The position numbers and the translations under genes were made by a program. Under the pieces are notes generated by a model, which was not told the origin of the DNA, ran no database searches, and saw nothing but the letters and a program-made list of their open reading frames with translations. From the NCBI RefSeq assembly GCF_044324785.1, contig NZ_CP172127.1: a stretch of DNA of 64,000 nt; one strand, written 5' to 3'. Below, in pieces: positions 50,974 to 62,942 of the stretch (within the stretch, counting starts at the first letter, position 1; every line of letters begins with the position of its first letter). Source of the stretch: Escherichia coli (GTDB lineage Bacteria; Pseudomonadota; Gammaproteobacteria; Enterobacterales; Enterobacteriaceae).

Positions 50974-53604
50974 ATGAGCAAGAGCACCGCTGAGATCCGT
51001 CAGGCGTTTCTCGACTTTTTCCATAGTAAGGGACATCAGGTAGTTGCCAGCAGCTCCCTGGTACCCCATAACGACCCAACTTTGTTGTTTACCAACGCCG
51101 GGATGAACCAGTTCAAGGATGTGTTCCTTGGGCTCGACAAGCGTAATTATTCCCGCGCTACCACTTCCCAACGCTGCGTGCGTGCGGGTGGTAAACACAA
51201 CGACCTGGAAAACGTCGGTTACACCGCGCGTCACCATACCTTCTTCGAAATGCTGGGCAACTTCAGCTTCGGCGACTATTTCAAACACGATGCCATTCAG
51301 TTTGCATGGGAACTGCTGACCAGTGAAAAATGGTTTGCCCTGCCGAAAGAGCGTCTGTGGGTTACCGTCTATGAAAGCGACGACGAAGCCTACGAAATCT
51401 GGGAAAAAGAAGTAGGGATCCCGCGCGAACGTATTATTCGCATCGGCGATAACAAAGGTGCGCCATACGCATCTGACAACTTCTGGCAGATGGGTGACAC
51501 TGGTCCGTGCGGCCCGTGCACCGAAATCTTCTACGATCACGGCGACCACATTTGGGGTGGCCCTCCGGGAAGTCCGGAAGAAGACGGCGATCGCTACATT
51601 GAGATCTGGAACATCGTCTTCATGCAGTTCAACCGCCAGGCAGATGGCACGATGGAACCGCTGCCGAAGCCGTCTGTAGATACCGGTATGGGTCTGGAGC
51701 GTATTGCTGCGGTGCTGCAACACGTTAACTCTAACTATGACATCGACCTGTTCCGCACGCTGATCCAGGCGGTAGCGAAAGTCACTGGCGCGACCGATCT
51801 GAGCAATAAATCGCTGCGCGTAATCGCTGACCACATTCGTTCTTGTGCGTTCCTGATCGCGGATGGCGTAATGCCGTCCAATGAAAACCGTGGTTATGTA
51901 CTGCGTCGTATCATTCGTCGCGCAGTGCGTCACGGCAATATGCTGGGCGCGAAAGAAACCTTCTTCTACAAACTGGTTGGTCCGCTGATCGACGTAATGG
52001 GCTCTGCGGGTGAAGACCTGAAACGCCAGCAGGCGCAGGTTGAGCAGGTGCTGAAGACTGAAGAAGAGCAGTTTGCCCGTACTCTGGAGCGCGGTCTGGC
52101 GCTGCTGGATGAAGAGCTGGCAAAACTTTCTGGTGATACGCTGGATGGCGAAACTGCTTTCCGTCTGTACGACACCTATGGCTTCCCGGTTGACCTGACG
52201 GCTGATGTTTGTCGTGAGCGCAACATCAAAGTTGACGAAGCTGGTTTCGAAGCAGCAATGGAAGAGCAGCGTCGTCGCGCGCGCGAAGCCAGCGGCTTTG
52301 GTGCCGATTACAACGCAATGATCCGTGTTGACAGCGCATCTGAATTTAAAGGCTATGACCATCTGGAACTGAACGGCAAAGTGACCGCGCTGTTTGTTGA
52401 TGGTAAAGCGGTTGATGCCATCAATGCAGGCCAGGAAGCTGTGGTCGTGCTGGATCAAACGCCATTCTATGCGGAATCCGGCGGTCAGGTTGGTGATAAA
52501 GGCGAACTGAAAGGCGCTAACTTCTCCTTTGCGGTGGAAGATACGCAGAAATACGGCCAGGCGATTGGTCACATCGGTAAACTTGCTGCGGGTTCTCTGA
52601 AAGTGGGCGACGCGGTGCAGGCTGATGTTGATGAGGCTCGTCGCGCCCGTATTCGTCTGAATCACTCCGCAACGCACCTGATGCACGCTGCGCTGCGCCA
52701 GGTTCTGGGTACTCATGTATCGCAGAAAGGTTCACTGGTTAACGACAAAATGCTGCGCTTCGACTTCTCACACAACGAAGCGATGAAACCAGAAGAGATT
52801 CGTGCGGTCGAAGACCTGGTGAACGCACAGATTCGCCGTAACTTGCCGATCGAAACCAACATCATGGATCTCGAAGCGGCGAAAGCGAAAGGTGCGATGG
52901 CGCTGTTCGGCGAGAAGTATGATGAACGTGTACGTGTGCTGAGCATGGGCGATTTCTCCACCGAGCTGTGTGGCGGTACTCACGCCAGCCGCACTGGTGA
53001 TATTGGTCTGTTCCGCATCATCTCTGAATCGGGTACTGCTGCAGGCGTTCGTCGTATCGAAGCGGTAACTGGAGAAGGCGCTATCGCCACCGTTCATGCA
53101 GACAGCGATCGCTTAAGCGAAGTCGCGCATCTGCTGAAAGGCGATAGCAATAATCTGGCTGATAAAGTGCGTTCAGTACTGGAACGTACGCGTCAGCTGG
53201 AAAAAGAGTTACAACAGCTTAAAGAACAAGCTGCCGCACAGGAGAGCGCAAATCTTTCCAGTAAGGCAATTGATGTTAATGGTGTTAAGCTGTTGGTTAG
53301 CGAGCTTAGCGGTGTTGAGCCGAAAATGTTGCGTACCATGGTTGACGATTTAAAAAATCAGCTGGGGTCGACAATTATCGTGCTGGCAACGGTAGCCGAA
53401 GGTAAGGTTTCTCTGATTGCAGGCGTATCTAAGGACGTCACAGATCGTGTGAAAGCAGGGGAACTGATTGGTATGGTCGCTCAGCAGGTGGGCGGCAAGG
53501 GTGGTGGACGTCCTGACATGGCGCAAGCCGGTGGTACGGATGCTGCGGCCTTACCTGCAGCGTTAGCCAGTGTGAAAGGCTGGGTCAGCGCGAAATTGCA
53601 ATAA
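50974..53604 (+). CDS. alaS: Alanine--tRNA ligase
   Basis: 876 aa; full-length AlaRS. Confidence 0.97.
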   Translation: MSKSTAEIRQAFLDFFHSKGHQVVASSSLVPHNDPTLLFTNAGMNQFKDVFLGLDKRNYSRATTSQRCVRAGGKHNDLENVGYTARHHTFFEMLGNFSFGDYFKHDAIQFAWELLTSEKWFALPKERLWVTVYESDDEAYEIWEKEVGIPRERIIRIGDNKGAPYASDNFWQMGDTGPCGPCTEIFYDHGDHIWGGPPGSPEEDGDRYIEIWNIVFMQFNRQADGTMEPLPKPSVDTGMGLERIAAVLQHVNSNYDIDLFRTLIQAVAKVTGATDLSNKSLRVIADHIRSCAFLIADGVMPSNENRGYVLRRIIRRAVRHGNMLGAKETFFYKLVGPLIDVMGSAGEDLKRQQAQVEQVLKTEEEQFARTLERGLALLDEELAKLSGDTLDGETAFRLYDTYGFPVDLTADVCRERNIKVDEAGFEAAMEEQRRRAREASGFGADYNAMIRVDSASEFKGYDHLELNGKVTALFVDGKAVDAINAGQEAVVVLDQTPFYAESGGQVGDKGELKGANFSFAVEDTQKYGQAIGHIGKLAAGSLKVGDAVQADVDEARRARIRLNHSATHLMHAALRQVLGTHVSQKGSLVNDKMLRFDFSHNEAMKPEEIRAVEDLVNAQIRRNLPIETNIMDLEAAKAKGAMALFGEKYDERVRVLSMGDFSTELCGGTHASRTGDIGLFRIISESGTAAGVRRIEAVTGEGAIATVHADSDRLSEVAHLLKGDSNNLADKVRSVLERTRQLEKELQQLKEQAAAQESANLSSKAIDVNGVKLLVSELSGVEPKMLRTMVDDLKNQLGSTIIVLATVAEGKVSLIAGVSKDVTDRVKAGELIGMVAQQVGGKGGGRPDMAQAGGTDAAALPAALASVKGWVSAKLQ

Positions 53605-53838
53605 TATAAGCGTCAGGCAATGCCGTGGACTCGCTTCACGGCATTCGCATTAACGCTATCGACAACGATAAAGTCAGGTTGAAGTTGTGTATATCGGCTA
53701 AACTTAGGTTTAACAGAATGTAATGCCATGACTGCTTACATGTAATGTGTTTGTCATTGCTTACTTTTTGGCGTTATATGATGGATAATGCCGGGATACA
53801 GAGAGACCCGACTCTTTTAATCTTTCAAGGAGCAAAGA

Positions 53839-54024
53839 ATGCTGATTCTGACTCGTCGAGTTGGTGAGACCCTCATGATTGGGGATGAGGTCACCGTGAC
53901 AGTTTTAGGGGTAAAGGGCAACCAGGTACGTATTGGCGTAAATGCCCCGAAGGAAGTTTCTGTTCACCGTGAAGAGATCTACCAGCGTATCCAGGCTGAA
54001 AAATCCCAGCAGTCCAGTTACTAA
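53839..54024 (+). CDS. csrA: Carbon storage regulator CsrA
   Basis: 61 aa [48 protein letters not shown]. Confidence 0.97.
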
Positions 54025-54249
54025 TCTTTCCGCGTCTCATCTTTATCGGTGAGACGCACCCTCAAAATTTCTCCTTCACTCCATTGTCTTTTCGCTTTAC
54101 TCCCGTTCATTCAACTTAAGTCTCCATTTTTTTGCATTACTGCTATCTGTCAGACCTCCGTTTTTCTGTTGATAAAACACTCTTTTTGACGTTTTTACAG
54201 ACTAATTGAGCGTGAAGTGTGCAAACGATAAAAGTGTGGGAAAAATTGT

Positions 54250-54277
54250 TTGACTTATAAGTCTCAGAAAGTAATAT
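54250..54277 (+). promoter_or_regulatory. Sigma-70 promoter of serV-arg tRNA operon
   Basis: -35 TTGACT, 16-bp spacer, -10 TAATAT, then GC-rich discriminator gtgcgcc; AT-rich upstream region. Confidence 0.5.
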
Positions 54278-54339
54278 GTGCGCCACGCAGCGACGATGAG
54301 CGATAAACAAGTTCTTCGAAGCACTCGTAAGAGGCGTGT

Positions 54340-54432
54340 GGTGAGGTGGCCGAGAGGCTGAAGGCGCTCCCCTGCTAAGGGAGTATGCGGTCAAAAGCTG
54401 CATCCGGGGTTCGAATCCCCGCCTCACCGCCA
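54340..54432 (+). tRNA. serV: tRNA-Ser (anticodon GCT)
   Basis: 93-nt cloverleaf with long variable arm, anticodon loop ctGCTaa, CCA end. Confidence 0.93.
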
Positions 54433-54435
54433 TTT

Positions 54436-54512
54436 GCATCCGTAGCTCAGCTGGATAGAGTACTCGGCTACGAACCGAGCGGTCGGAGGTTCGAATCCTC
54501 CCGGATGCACCA
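54436..54512 (+). tRNA. tRNA-Arg (anticodon ACG)
   Basis: 77 nt gcatccgtagctcagctggatagagtactcggctACGaaccgagcggtcggaggttcgaatcctcccggatgcacca; 3 bp after serV. Confidence 0.93.
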
Positions 54513-54575
54513 TCTCTTACTTGATATGGCTTTAGTGGCGGTATCAATATCAGCAGTAAAATAAATTTTCCCGAT

Positions 54576-54652
54576 GCATCCGTAGCTCAGCTGGATAGAG
54601 TACTCGGCTACGAACCGAGCGGTCGGAGGTTCGAATCCTCCCGGATGCACCA
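54576..54652 (+). tRNA. tRNA-Arg (anticodon ACG), second identical copy
   Basis: Identical 77-nt sequence, 63-bp spacer after first copy. Confidence 0.93.
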
Positions 54653-54767
54653 TATTCTCCGTAACCTTCAGCAATGAAGGTATCGAAGAGATAGCGGTAT
54701 TAACCGCAGGCACCAGGGAGGATAACGTTGCGCCAGCAACGGCCCGAAGGGCGAACGTCAGTGAGTC

Positions 54768-54785
54768 ATCCTCCCGGATGCACCA
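54768..54785 (+). other. 18-nt remnant identical to the 3' end of tRNA-Arg (atcctcccggatgcacca)
   Basis: Read directly 115 bp after the second tRNA-Arg; no tRNA body upstream. Confidence 0.6.
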
Positions 54786-54932
54786 TCTTCTCCAAAAAAC
54801 TTCCTTCAAAAATATCTCATTTCTAAATAACTACTTTATCCATTTCCTGAATTTTCTTCTCCTTCGCCATCAGCGACAAAATCAAGCAATTACGCTAAAG
54901 TAGCGTCATATTTTTCGACTTGCGAGAAGACC

Positions 54933-55499
54933 ATGTACGAGCGTTATGCAGGTTTAATTTTTGATATGGATGGCACAATCCTGGATACGGAGCCTACGCA
55001 CCGTAAAGCGTGGCGCGAAGTATTAGGGCACTACGGTCTTCAGTACGATGTTCAGGCGATGATTGCGCTTAATGGCTCGCCCACCTGGCGTATTGCTCAG
55101 GCGATTATTGAGCTGAATCAGGCCGATCTCGACCCGCATGCGTTAGCGCGTGAAAAAACAGAAGCAGTAAGAAGTATGCTGCTGGATAGTGTCGAGCCGC
55201 TTCCTCTTGTTGAAGTGGTGAAAAGTTGGCATGGTCGTCGCCCAATGGCTGTAGGAACGGGGAGTGAAAGCGCCATCGCTGAGGCATTGCTGGCGCACCT
55301 GGGATTACGCCGTTATTTTGACGCCGTCGTCGCTGCCGATCACGTCAAACACCATAAACCCGCGCCAGACACATTTTTGTTGTGCGCGCAGCGTATGGGC
55401 GTGCAACCGACGCAGTGTGTGGTCTTTGAAGATGCCGATTTCGGTATTCAGGCGGCCCGTGCAGCAGGCATGGACGCTGTGGATGTTCGCTTGCTGTGA
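54933..55499 (+). CDS. yqaB: HAD-family sugar phosphatase YqaB
   Basis: 188 aa; HAD motif I FDMDGT. Confidence 0.9.
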   Translation: MYERYAGLIFDMDGTILDTEPTHRKAWREVLGHYGLQYDVQAMIALNGSPTWRIAQAIIELNQADLDPHALAREKTEAVRSMLLDSVEPLPLVEVVKSWHGRRPMAVGTGSESAIAEALLAHLGLRRYFDAVVAADHVKHHKPAPDTFLLCAQRMGVQPTQCVVFEDADFGIQAARAAGMDAVDVRLL

Positions 55500-55924
55500 G
55501 TGAAGCGTTATCGCTTTTCTCGTTGTTTGCCAGTAGTTTTCTCAGCGCTACACTATTACCCGGCAACTCCGAAGTCGTGCTGGTGGCAATGTTGCTTTCC
55601 GGGATCAGTCATCCCTGGGTTTTAGTTTTAACAGCAACAATGGGTAATAGCCTTGGAGGGTTAACTAACGTTATCCTTGGGCGTTTCTTTCCATTGCGTA
55701 AAACATCGCGCTGGCAAGAGAAAGCTACTGGCTGGCTGAAACGCTATGGTGCAGTCACGCTATTATTAAGCTGGATGCCCGTAGTTGGCGATTTACTGTG
55801 TCTGTTAGCGGGATGGATGCGCATCTCCTGGGGGCCGGTAATCTTTTTTTTGTGCCTTGGTAAAGCGTTACGCTATGTTGCAGTTGCAGCAGCGACCGTT
55901 CAGGGCATGATGTGGTGGCACTAA
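55496..55924 (+). CDS. yqaA: DedA/SNARE-associated family inner membrane protein YqaA
   Basis: 142 aa membrane protein; overlaps yqaB stop. Confidence 0.88.
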   Translation: MSEALSLFSLFASSFLSATLLPGNSEVVLVAMLLSGISHPWVLVLTATMGNSLGGLTNVILGRFFPLRKTSRWQEKATGWLKRYGAVTLLLSWMPVVGDLLCLLAGWMRISWGPVIFFLCLGKALRYVAVAAATVQGMMWWH

Positions 55925-55969
55925 TTGTAGGCCTGCACATATGGTCACCATTACAGTTATGCTAATTAA

Positions 55970-57553
<1,584 letters not shown>

Positions 57554-57561
57554 CAGAAAAG

Positions 57562-57634
57562 AAAAAGGCCACTCGTGAGTGGCCAAAATTTCATCTCTGA
57601 ATTCAGGGATGATGATAACAAATGCGCGTCTTTC
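57562..57634 (-). ncRNA. micA: MicA (SraD) small regulatory RNA
   Basis: Reverse complement gives GAAAGACGCGCATTTGTTATCATCATCCCTGAATTCAGAGATGAAATTTTGGCCACTCACGAGTGGCCTTTTT; between gshA and luxS on the opposite strand. Confidence 0.85.
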
Positions 57635-57702
57635 ATATACTCAGACTCGCCTGGGAAGAAAGAGTTCAGAAAATTTTTAAAAAAATTACCGGAGGTGGCT
57701 AA

Positions 57703-58218
57703 ATGCCGTTGTTAGATAGCTTCACAGTCGATCATACCCGGATGGAAGCGCCTGCAGTTCGGGTGGCGAAAACAATGAACACCCCGCATGGCGACGCAAT
57801 CACCGTGTTCGATCTGCGCTTCTGCGTGCCGAACAAAGAAGTGATGCCAGAAAGAGGGATCCATACCCTGGAGCACCTGTTTGCTGGTTTTATGCGTAAC
57901 CATCTTAACGGTAATGGTGTAGAGATTATCGATATCTCGCCAATGGGCTGCCGCACCGGTTTTTATATGAGTCTGATTGGTACGCCAGATGAGCAGCGTG
58001 TTGCTGATGCCTGGAAAGCGGCAATGGAAGACGTGCTGAAAGTGCAGGATCAGAATCAGATCCCGGAACTGAACGTCTACCAGTGTGGCACTTACCAGAT
58101 GCACTCGTTGCAGGAAGCGCAGGATATTGCGCGTAGCATTCTGGAACGTGACGTGCGCATCAACAGCAACGAAGAACTGGCGCTGCCGAAAGAGAAGTTG
58201 CAGGAACTGCACATCTAG
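57703..58218 (+). CDS. luxS: S-ribosylhomocysteine lyase (AI-2 synthase)
   Basis: 171 aa; HTLEHL metal-binding motif. Confidence 0.96.
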
Positions 58219-58250
58219 TCAGTAAACTATCTTCACAATTAATTGAAAAA

Positions 58251-58272
58251 AGCCAGTTCAAATGAACTGGCT
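58251..58272. terminator. Hairpin between convergent luxS and emrB
   Basis: agccagttca-aa-tgaactggct perfect inverted repeat flanked by A/T runs. Confidence 0.55.
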
Positions 58273-58281
58273 TAGTTGTAC

Positions 58282-59820
58282 TTAGTGCGCACCACCTCCG
58301 CCGCCACCTGCGCCAAATGGCGGTTTAGCAAACCACACCAGCCCCAGCAGGACGAGGAATATCCCGGCTGACATCCAGAAGATCTCATTGGCGGAAATAA
58401 TCAGCCCCTGATTGGTGATCTGCTGGGCAATCCAGCCTGATGCCTGCTGTTGCGTCATTCCCAGTCCTTCCAGTTGACTGTACATCGCTTGGGCATTCGG
58501 GTTGAACGGGTTTACCGACTCGGTTAACTGTGCGTGGTGCATCGACTCGCGGTTGGTCCACATGGTGGTGGTAATGGATGTGCCGATAGACCCCGCCAGC
58601 GTTCGCGTAAAGTTAGAGAGGCTCGATGCCGCCGCCAGTCGTTCCGGTGGCAAACCAGACAGCGTAATGGTGGTCAGCGGCATAAAGAAGCAGGCCACCG
58701 CAAAACCCTGGATAAACTGCGGCCAGGCCGACGCGCCAAAATCCATACCCGGTTCAAAGGTATAGGCACGCCAGTAGAAGCAGACGGCATACATAATAAA
58801 GCTGAAGGTTACCAGCCGCCGCATATCCAGTTTATGCGCGAAGCGGCCGATAATCGGCGACAGGATCACCGGAATAATTCCTACCGGCGCAGAGGCCAGA
58901 CCTGCCCACGTTGCCGTGTAACCGTAGACCTCCTGCAACAACTGCGGCAGCAGAACAATAGCGCCGAAGTAGAGCATATACGCGAGGCTGATACACAAAC
59001 AGCCGATGGTGAAGTTGCGCGACTTAAACAACGACAGATCGACTATCGGGTTATCGTCGGTCAGCTCCCAGACAATCAGGAAGCAGATAGCCACCACTGC
59101 CACCACGGTAAGGATGATAATTTCCTGTGATGAGAACCAGTCCAACTCTTTACCGCGGTCGAGCATAATCTGCAGGCTACCGATACCAATAACCAGCAGT
59201 GCCAGCCCCACGGCATCAATCCGCCGCCGTTCGGTGCGGGTTTCGCGTCCGCGCAGGGTTTGCAGTGTCATCAACACCACCGCCACGCCAATCGGCACGT
59301 TGATGAAGAATATCCAGCCCCAGTGGTAATTATCGCTGATATAACCGCCGAGGATCGGGCCGCAAATTGGCGCGACAATCACCGTCATCGACCACAACGC
59401 CAGCGCGATCGAGCGTTTGGCTGGCGGGTAGTTATTCAGCAATAGACTTTGCGAAAGCGGGATCAACGGTCCGGCGACAATCCCCTGAATCACGCGGAAG
59501 AAGATCAGCATATTCAGGCTGCTGGAGACACCACACGCCCACGACGCAATAGCAAAGGCGATGGTTGACCAGAGGAACAGTTTCACTTCCCCGACGCGCT
59601 TTGCCAGCCAGCCGGTAAGCGGGATCGAGATGGCATTCGCTACCCCGAAGGAAGTGATTACCCACGTTCCCTGGCTGAGCGATGAGCCCAGATTCCCGGC
59701 GATAGTGGGGATCGCCACGTTAGCAATGGTGGAGTCCAGCACCTGCATGAATGTCGCCAGTGACAGCGCAATCGTCATAATGACCAGTTGCGCGCCTTCC
59801 AGCGGTTTTTGCTGTTGCAT
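58282..59820 (-). CDS. emrB: Multidrug efflux MFS transporter EmrB
   Basis: ORF 58282..59829; start set at MQQQKPLEGAQL (512 aa); 14-TM MFS. Confidence 0.94.
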   Translation of the reverse strand: MQQQKPLEGAQLVIMTIALSLATFMQVLDSTIANVAIPTIAGNLGSSLSQGTWVITSFGVANAISIPLTGWLAKRVGEVKLFLWSTIAFAIASWACGVSSSLNMLIFFRVIQGIVAGPLIPLSQSLLLNNYPPAKRSIALALWSMTVIVAPICGPILGGYISDNYHWGWIFFINVPIGVAVVLMTLQTLRGRETRTERRRIDAVGLALLVIGIGSLQIMLDRGKELDWFSSQEIIILTVVAVVAICFLIVWELTDDNPIVDLSLFKSRNFTIGCLCISLAYMLYFGAIVLLPQLLQEVYGYTATWAGLASAPVGIIPVILSPIIGRFAHKLDMRRLVTFSFIMYAVCFYWRAYTFEPGMDFGASAWPQFIQGFAVACFFMPLTTITLSGLPPERLAAASSLSNFTRTLAGSIGTSITTTMWTNRESMHHAQLTESVNPFNPNAQAMYSQLEGLGMTQQQASGWIAQQITNQGLIISANEIFWMSAGIFLVLLGLVWFAKPPFGAGGGGGGAH

Positions 59821-59836
59821 CACACGCACCTCTGGA

Positions 59837-61009
59837 TTAGCCAGCGTTAGCTTTTACGATATCGTCGATCAGTTTATTGACAGGTGCCAGGCTGATTTCA
59901 CGCGCGGTGCTTACCGCTACCGGTGTGGAACGTACTTTATTTGCCAGTACCTGACCGTCACGGTTAGTGGTATTGACGCTCACCAGCGTGGATAAACCGA
60001 TACGCAGCGGGTATTGCTCCAGCTGTTTTTGGTCCAGTTCGATACGAACAGGCAGACGCTGAACGACTTTGATCCAGTTACCAGTCGCATTTTGCGCCGG
60101 AAGCAGTGAGAACGCGCTACCTGTGCCCATATCCAGACCAACCACTTTTCCGGTGTATTTCACATCATCGCCGTAAATATCGGTGGTGATGGTGACCGGC
60201 TGACCGATACGCATATTGGCAATCTGCGTCTCTTTAAAGTTGGCATCCACCCACATATTGGTGGCTGGAACGACCGCCATCAGCGGCGTCGTTGGGCTAA
60301 TTTGCGCCCCAGGCTGTACCGCGCGGCGGGAGACATAACCGGTCATCGGACTGACAATACGGGTACGCTCCAGCGCCAGCCAGGTGTTACGTACTTCGGT
60401 GGCAGCCTGTTGCACGGCAGGCTGATCTTCCAGTTTAGTCCCCAGAATCATCGCCTGATTGGCATTGTATTGTTGAATAGCGACGTCCAGTTGTGCCTGG
60501 GCACTGGTAACGGCGTCGCGGGCGTGTTGCAGCTCTTCGCGACCAATCAGGTTGGCATTGCCCAGCGGCACACGGCGGTTGTAGTCGCTTTGTGCTTTCG
60601 CGAGGGCGATTTTTTGCACCTCAATATTCGCCTGCAACTGTTTGCTGTTAATCATCAGCTGGTGGGTTTGGCGAACGCTGGAAGCCAGTGCAGTTTTGGC
60701 TTTTTCAAACGCCTGGCGAGCATCTGTCGGGTCGAGAGTGACCAGAACATCGCCTTCTTTTACAAAATCGGTGTTATCGGCCCAGACTTTCGTCACGCTG
60801 CCAGACACCTGAGACATAATTTGAATCTGATTCCCTGCCACGTATGCGTCATCGGTTTCTTCGAAATGACGCAGTACTAAAAACCAATAAATCCCTATCG
60901 CTACGGCAATAATTATAAAGAGCAAGGTGAGAAGGAGGAGCAGACGCTTACGTTTGCCGCTCTTCTTTACCGGTTGCTGCGGGGTTTGAGTCTCCGCATT
61001 TGCGCTCAT
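59837..61009 (-). CDS. emrA: Multidrug efflux membrane fusion protein EmrA
   Basis: ORF 59837..61021; start set at MSANAETQTP (390 aa); HlyD-family periplasmic adaptor. Confidence 0.94.
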   Translation of the reverse strand: MSANAETQTPQQPVKKSGKRKRLLLLLTLLFIIIAVAIGIYWFLVLRHFEETDDAYVAGNQIQIMSQVSGSVTKVWADNTDFVKEGDVLVTLDPTDARQAFEKAKTALASSVRQTHQLMINSKQLQANIEVQKIALAKAQSDYNRRVPLGNANLIGREELQHARDAVTSAQAQLDVAIQQYNANQAMILGTKLEDQPAVQQAATEVRNTWLALERTRIVSPMTGYVSRRAVQPGAQISPTTPLMAVVPATNMWVDANFKETQIANMRIGQPVTITTDIYGDDVKYTGKVVGLDMGTGSAFSLLPAQNATGNWIKVVQRLPVRIELDQKQLEQYPLRIGLSTLVSVNTTNRDGQVLANKVRSTPVAVSTAREISLAPVNKLIDDIVKANAG

Positions 61010-61135
61010 ATTGTTCTCCACGATCTTCTTAACTCATCGGCTGAGCCGACCTGCTTGCCAAAAAGGCCAGCATGTTGCGATGCTGGCCAGTCATTTTTTC
61101 TTTTATAAATCTGGATTTTTGAGCGAGATGACGCG

Positions 61136-61666
61136 TTAGCTCATCGCTTCGAGAACCACACCGTCTTGTTCCATCTGGTCGAGACGGGAGAGCAATTTGC
61201 GGGTGATTTGCTCGAGCTGATCTTTTTCTGTTGTGCTGAGCGCGGACCAGAGTTGATGCAGGCAGTTATGCTGCGGTGGTAAAACCTCGCGCAAAAACTC
61301 GTGACCTTTTTCCGTTAATTGCAGATGCAGGCAGCGGCGATCGTTATCGCTTTCACGACGTTCAATCCAACCGCGTTTTTCCAGTTCATCGGCAATACGC
61401 GTCGCGTTGGTACGGGATGATCCAAGAGCACAACTCAATTCAGAAGGCTGAATACTGTGGTTTTCCTGAGACTCCAGCGTAATCAACGCCATAAACAACG
61501 TCTCGTTAATCCCCTGAGCCTTCAGCATTTTATTGCGGTTCTCCAGCAGCTTGCTTTGCATGTGCATGCAAAGACGGGTCAGAAGGATCTCCTGATAAGG
61601 AAAATCTTCGTGGCGGCTGGCGCGAAATTTTAGCATTTGTTCAATGGGCGTAAACGAACTATCCAT
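61136..61666 (-). CDS. emrR: MarR-family repressor of emrAB (EmrR/MprA)
   Basis: 176 aa, recognised sequence; upstream of emrAB. Confidence 0.94.
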
Positions 61667-61756
61667 TTGGGTATGACCTCATTAATTTCAGCCGATATAG
61701 TAACGACAGTGACAAATAAAGTAAATGTATTGTTTTAGAAAAATGATTCTTGTGGG

Positions 61757-62092
61757 TTATATAATCGCCATCACTTTCCAGGCGAGCCCGTAGGCCAGCG
61801 CACTAAGCAGTGTTGGGATGATAATGCTGCGTGTTTTATAGAAACTGGCACCCAGTACCGCGAAGCCGACCAGCGTGGGCACGAAACGGCGTGTATCGTG
61901 CATCACTTCTGGTGCGGTAGAGACAACCAGCAGAGCGCATATCGAGGCGATGCCAATGGTGTCGAGCAATATGCCTATCGCGCCACGTTTGGTTGGGCGG
62001 GCATTACCCACACGCAGGCGCAGCGGCAAATAGCGGAAGCAATAATTCGCCGCGCCAACCAGTAACCCAAGCAGCAGAACCTCATAGCTCAT
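61757..62092 (-). CDS. ygaH: L-valine exporter small subunit YgaH (AzlD-like)
   Basis: 111 aa membrane protein; overlaps ygaZ 3' end. Confidence 0.88.
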   Translation of the reverse strand: MSYEVLLLGLLVGAANYCFRYLPLRLRVGNARPTKRGAIGILLDTIGIASICALLVVSTAPEVMHDTRRFVPTLVGFAVLGASFYKTRSIIIPTLLSALAYGLAWKVMAII

Positions 62093-62819
62093 CGGGCGCT
62101 CCTTGCCAGAATGCCTGGATTAACGCAGTGAGGCAGCCACAGACAATGCCTGCCAGAATGGCGACGGGAATAGAAAATAGCGTTACGCCTGCAAGGGCAC
62201 CAACTAACGCTGCGGTAACGCAAAGAGATTGTTTGCGCTGGAAAGAGGCGAGCAGGAAACTCATAAAGAGTGCCGGAAGCATAAAACCTAATGCTGCTTC
62301 AACGGCGGGATATCCTTGCAGCAAGCCGCTGCCGGAGAATGCCCCTATTACCGTACCAAATACCCACGATGACCATGAACTGAAGGCAATGCCGATCATC
62401 CAGTTCTCGCTCCAGCGGCGATTATTGCGTACCAGTTTTGCGGTTGCGGCGGCAAAAACCTCATCCGTCAGGCCAAATGCCCACAGGGCGGTTTTCGATT
62501 TTTGCAGACGCTGAATAATACGGCTACGCAGTGACGGGCCATACAAAACATGGCGAACATCCATTGCCATGACGGTCAGTGCAGCAACCCACAAACTACT
62601 CCCGGCTGCCAGCATCGCGGTAATGACGAACTGGCTCGCGCCTGCATAAATGATGCAGGAGAAAAAAACGCTTTCGAGAGGAGAGAATCCCAGACGGGTC
62701 GCATTCAGACCGAACGCAAAGGCCACCGGAATATAACTAATAACAATCGGTAAACTGTCTTTGCATCCTTCCATGAAGGTCGCCGAACCAGGAGCAGGCT
62801 GTGGAGTAGGGCTTTCCAT
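62082..62819 (-). CDS. ygaZ: L-valine exporter subunit YgaZ (AzlC-like)
   Basis: 245 aa polytopic membrane protein. Confidence 0.88.
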   Translation of the reverse strand: MESPTPQPAPGSATFMEGCKDSLPIVISYIPVAFAFGLNATRLGFSPLESVFFSCIIYAGASQFVITAMLAAGSSLWVAALTVMAMDVRHVLYGPSLRSRIIQRLQKSKTALWAFGLTDEVFAAATAKLVRNNRRWSENWMIGIAFSSWSSWVFGTVIGAFSGSGLLQGYPAVEAALGFMLPALFMSFLLASFQRKQSLCVTAALVGALAGVTLFSIPVAILAGIVCGCLTALIQAFWQGAPDEL

Positions 62820-62942
62820 AGAGTGTACGCTTAACGATTGTTAATATTATAAATAGACTGAATGAATATCTTAACCTTATCAGACTGATGGGCTTCTTAA
62901 CACCCTTATAAGTGTAAAGCCACGAAAACGGTTGCTGATTGC

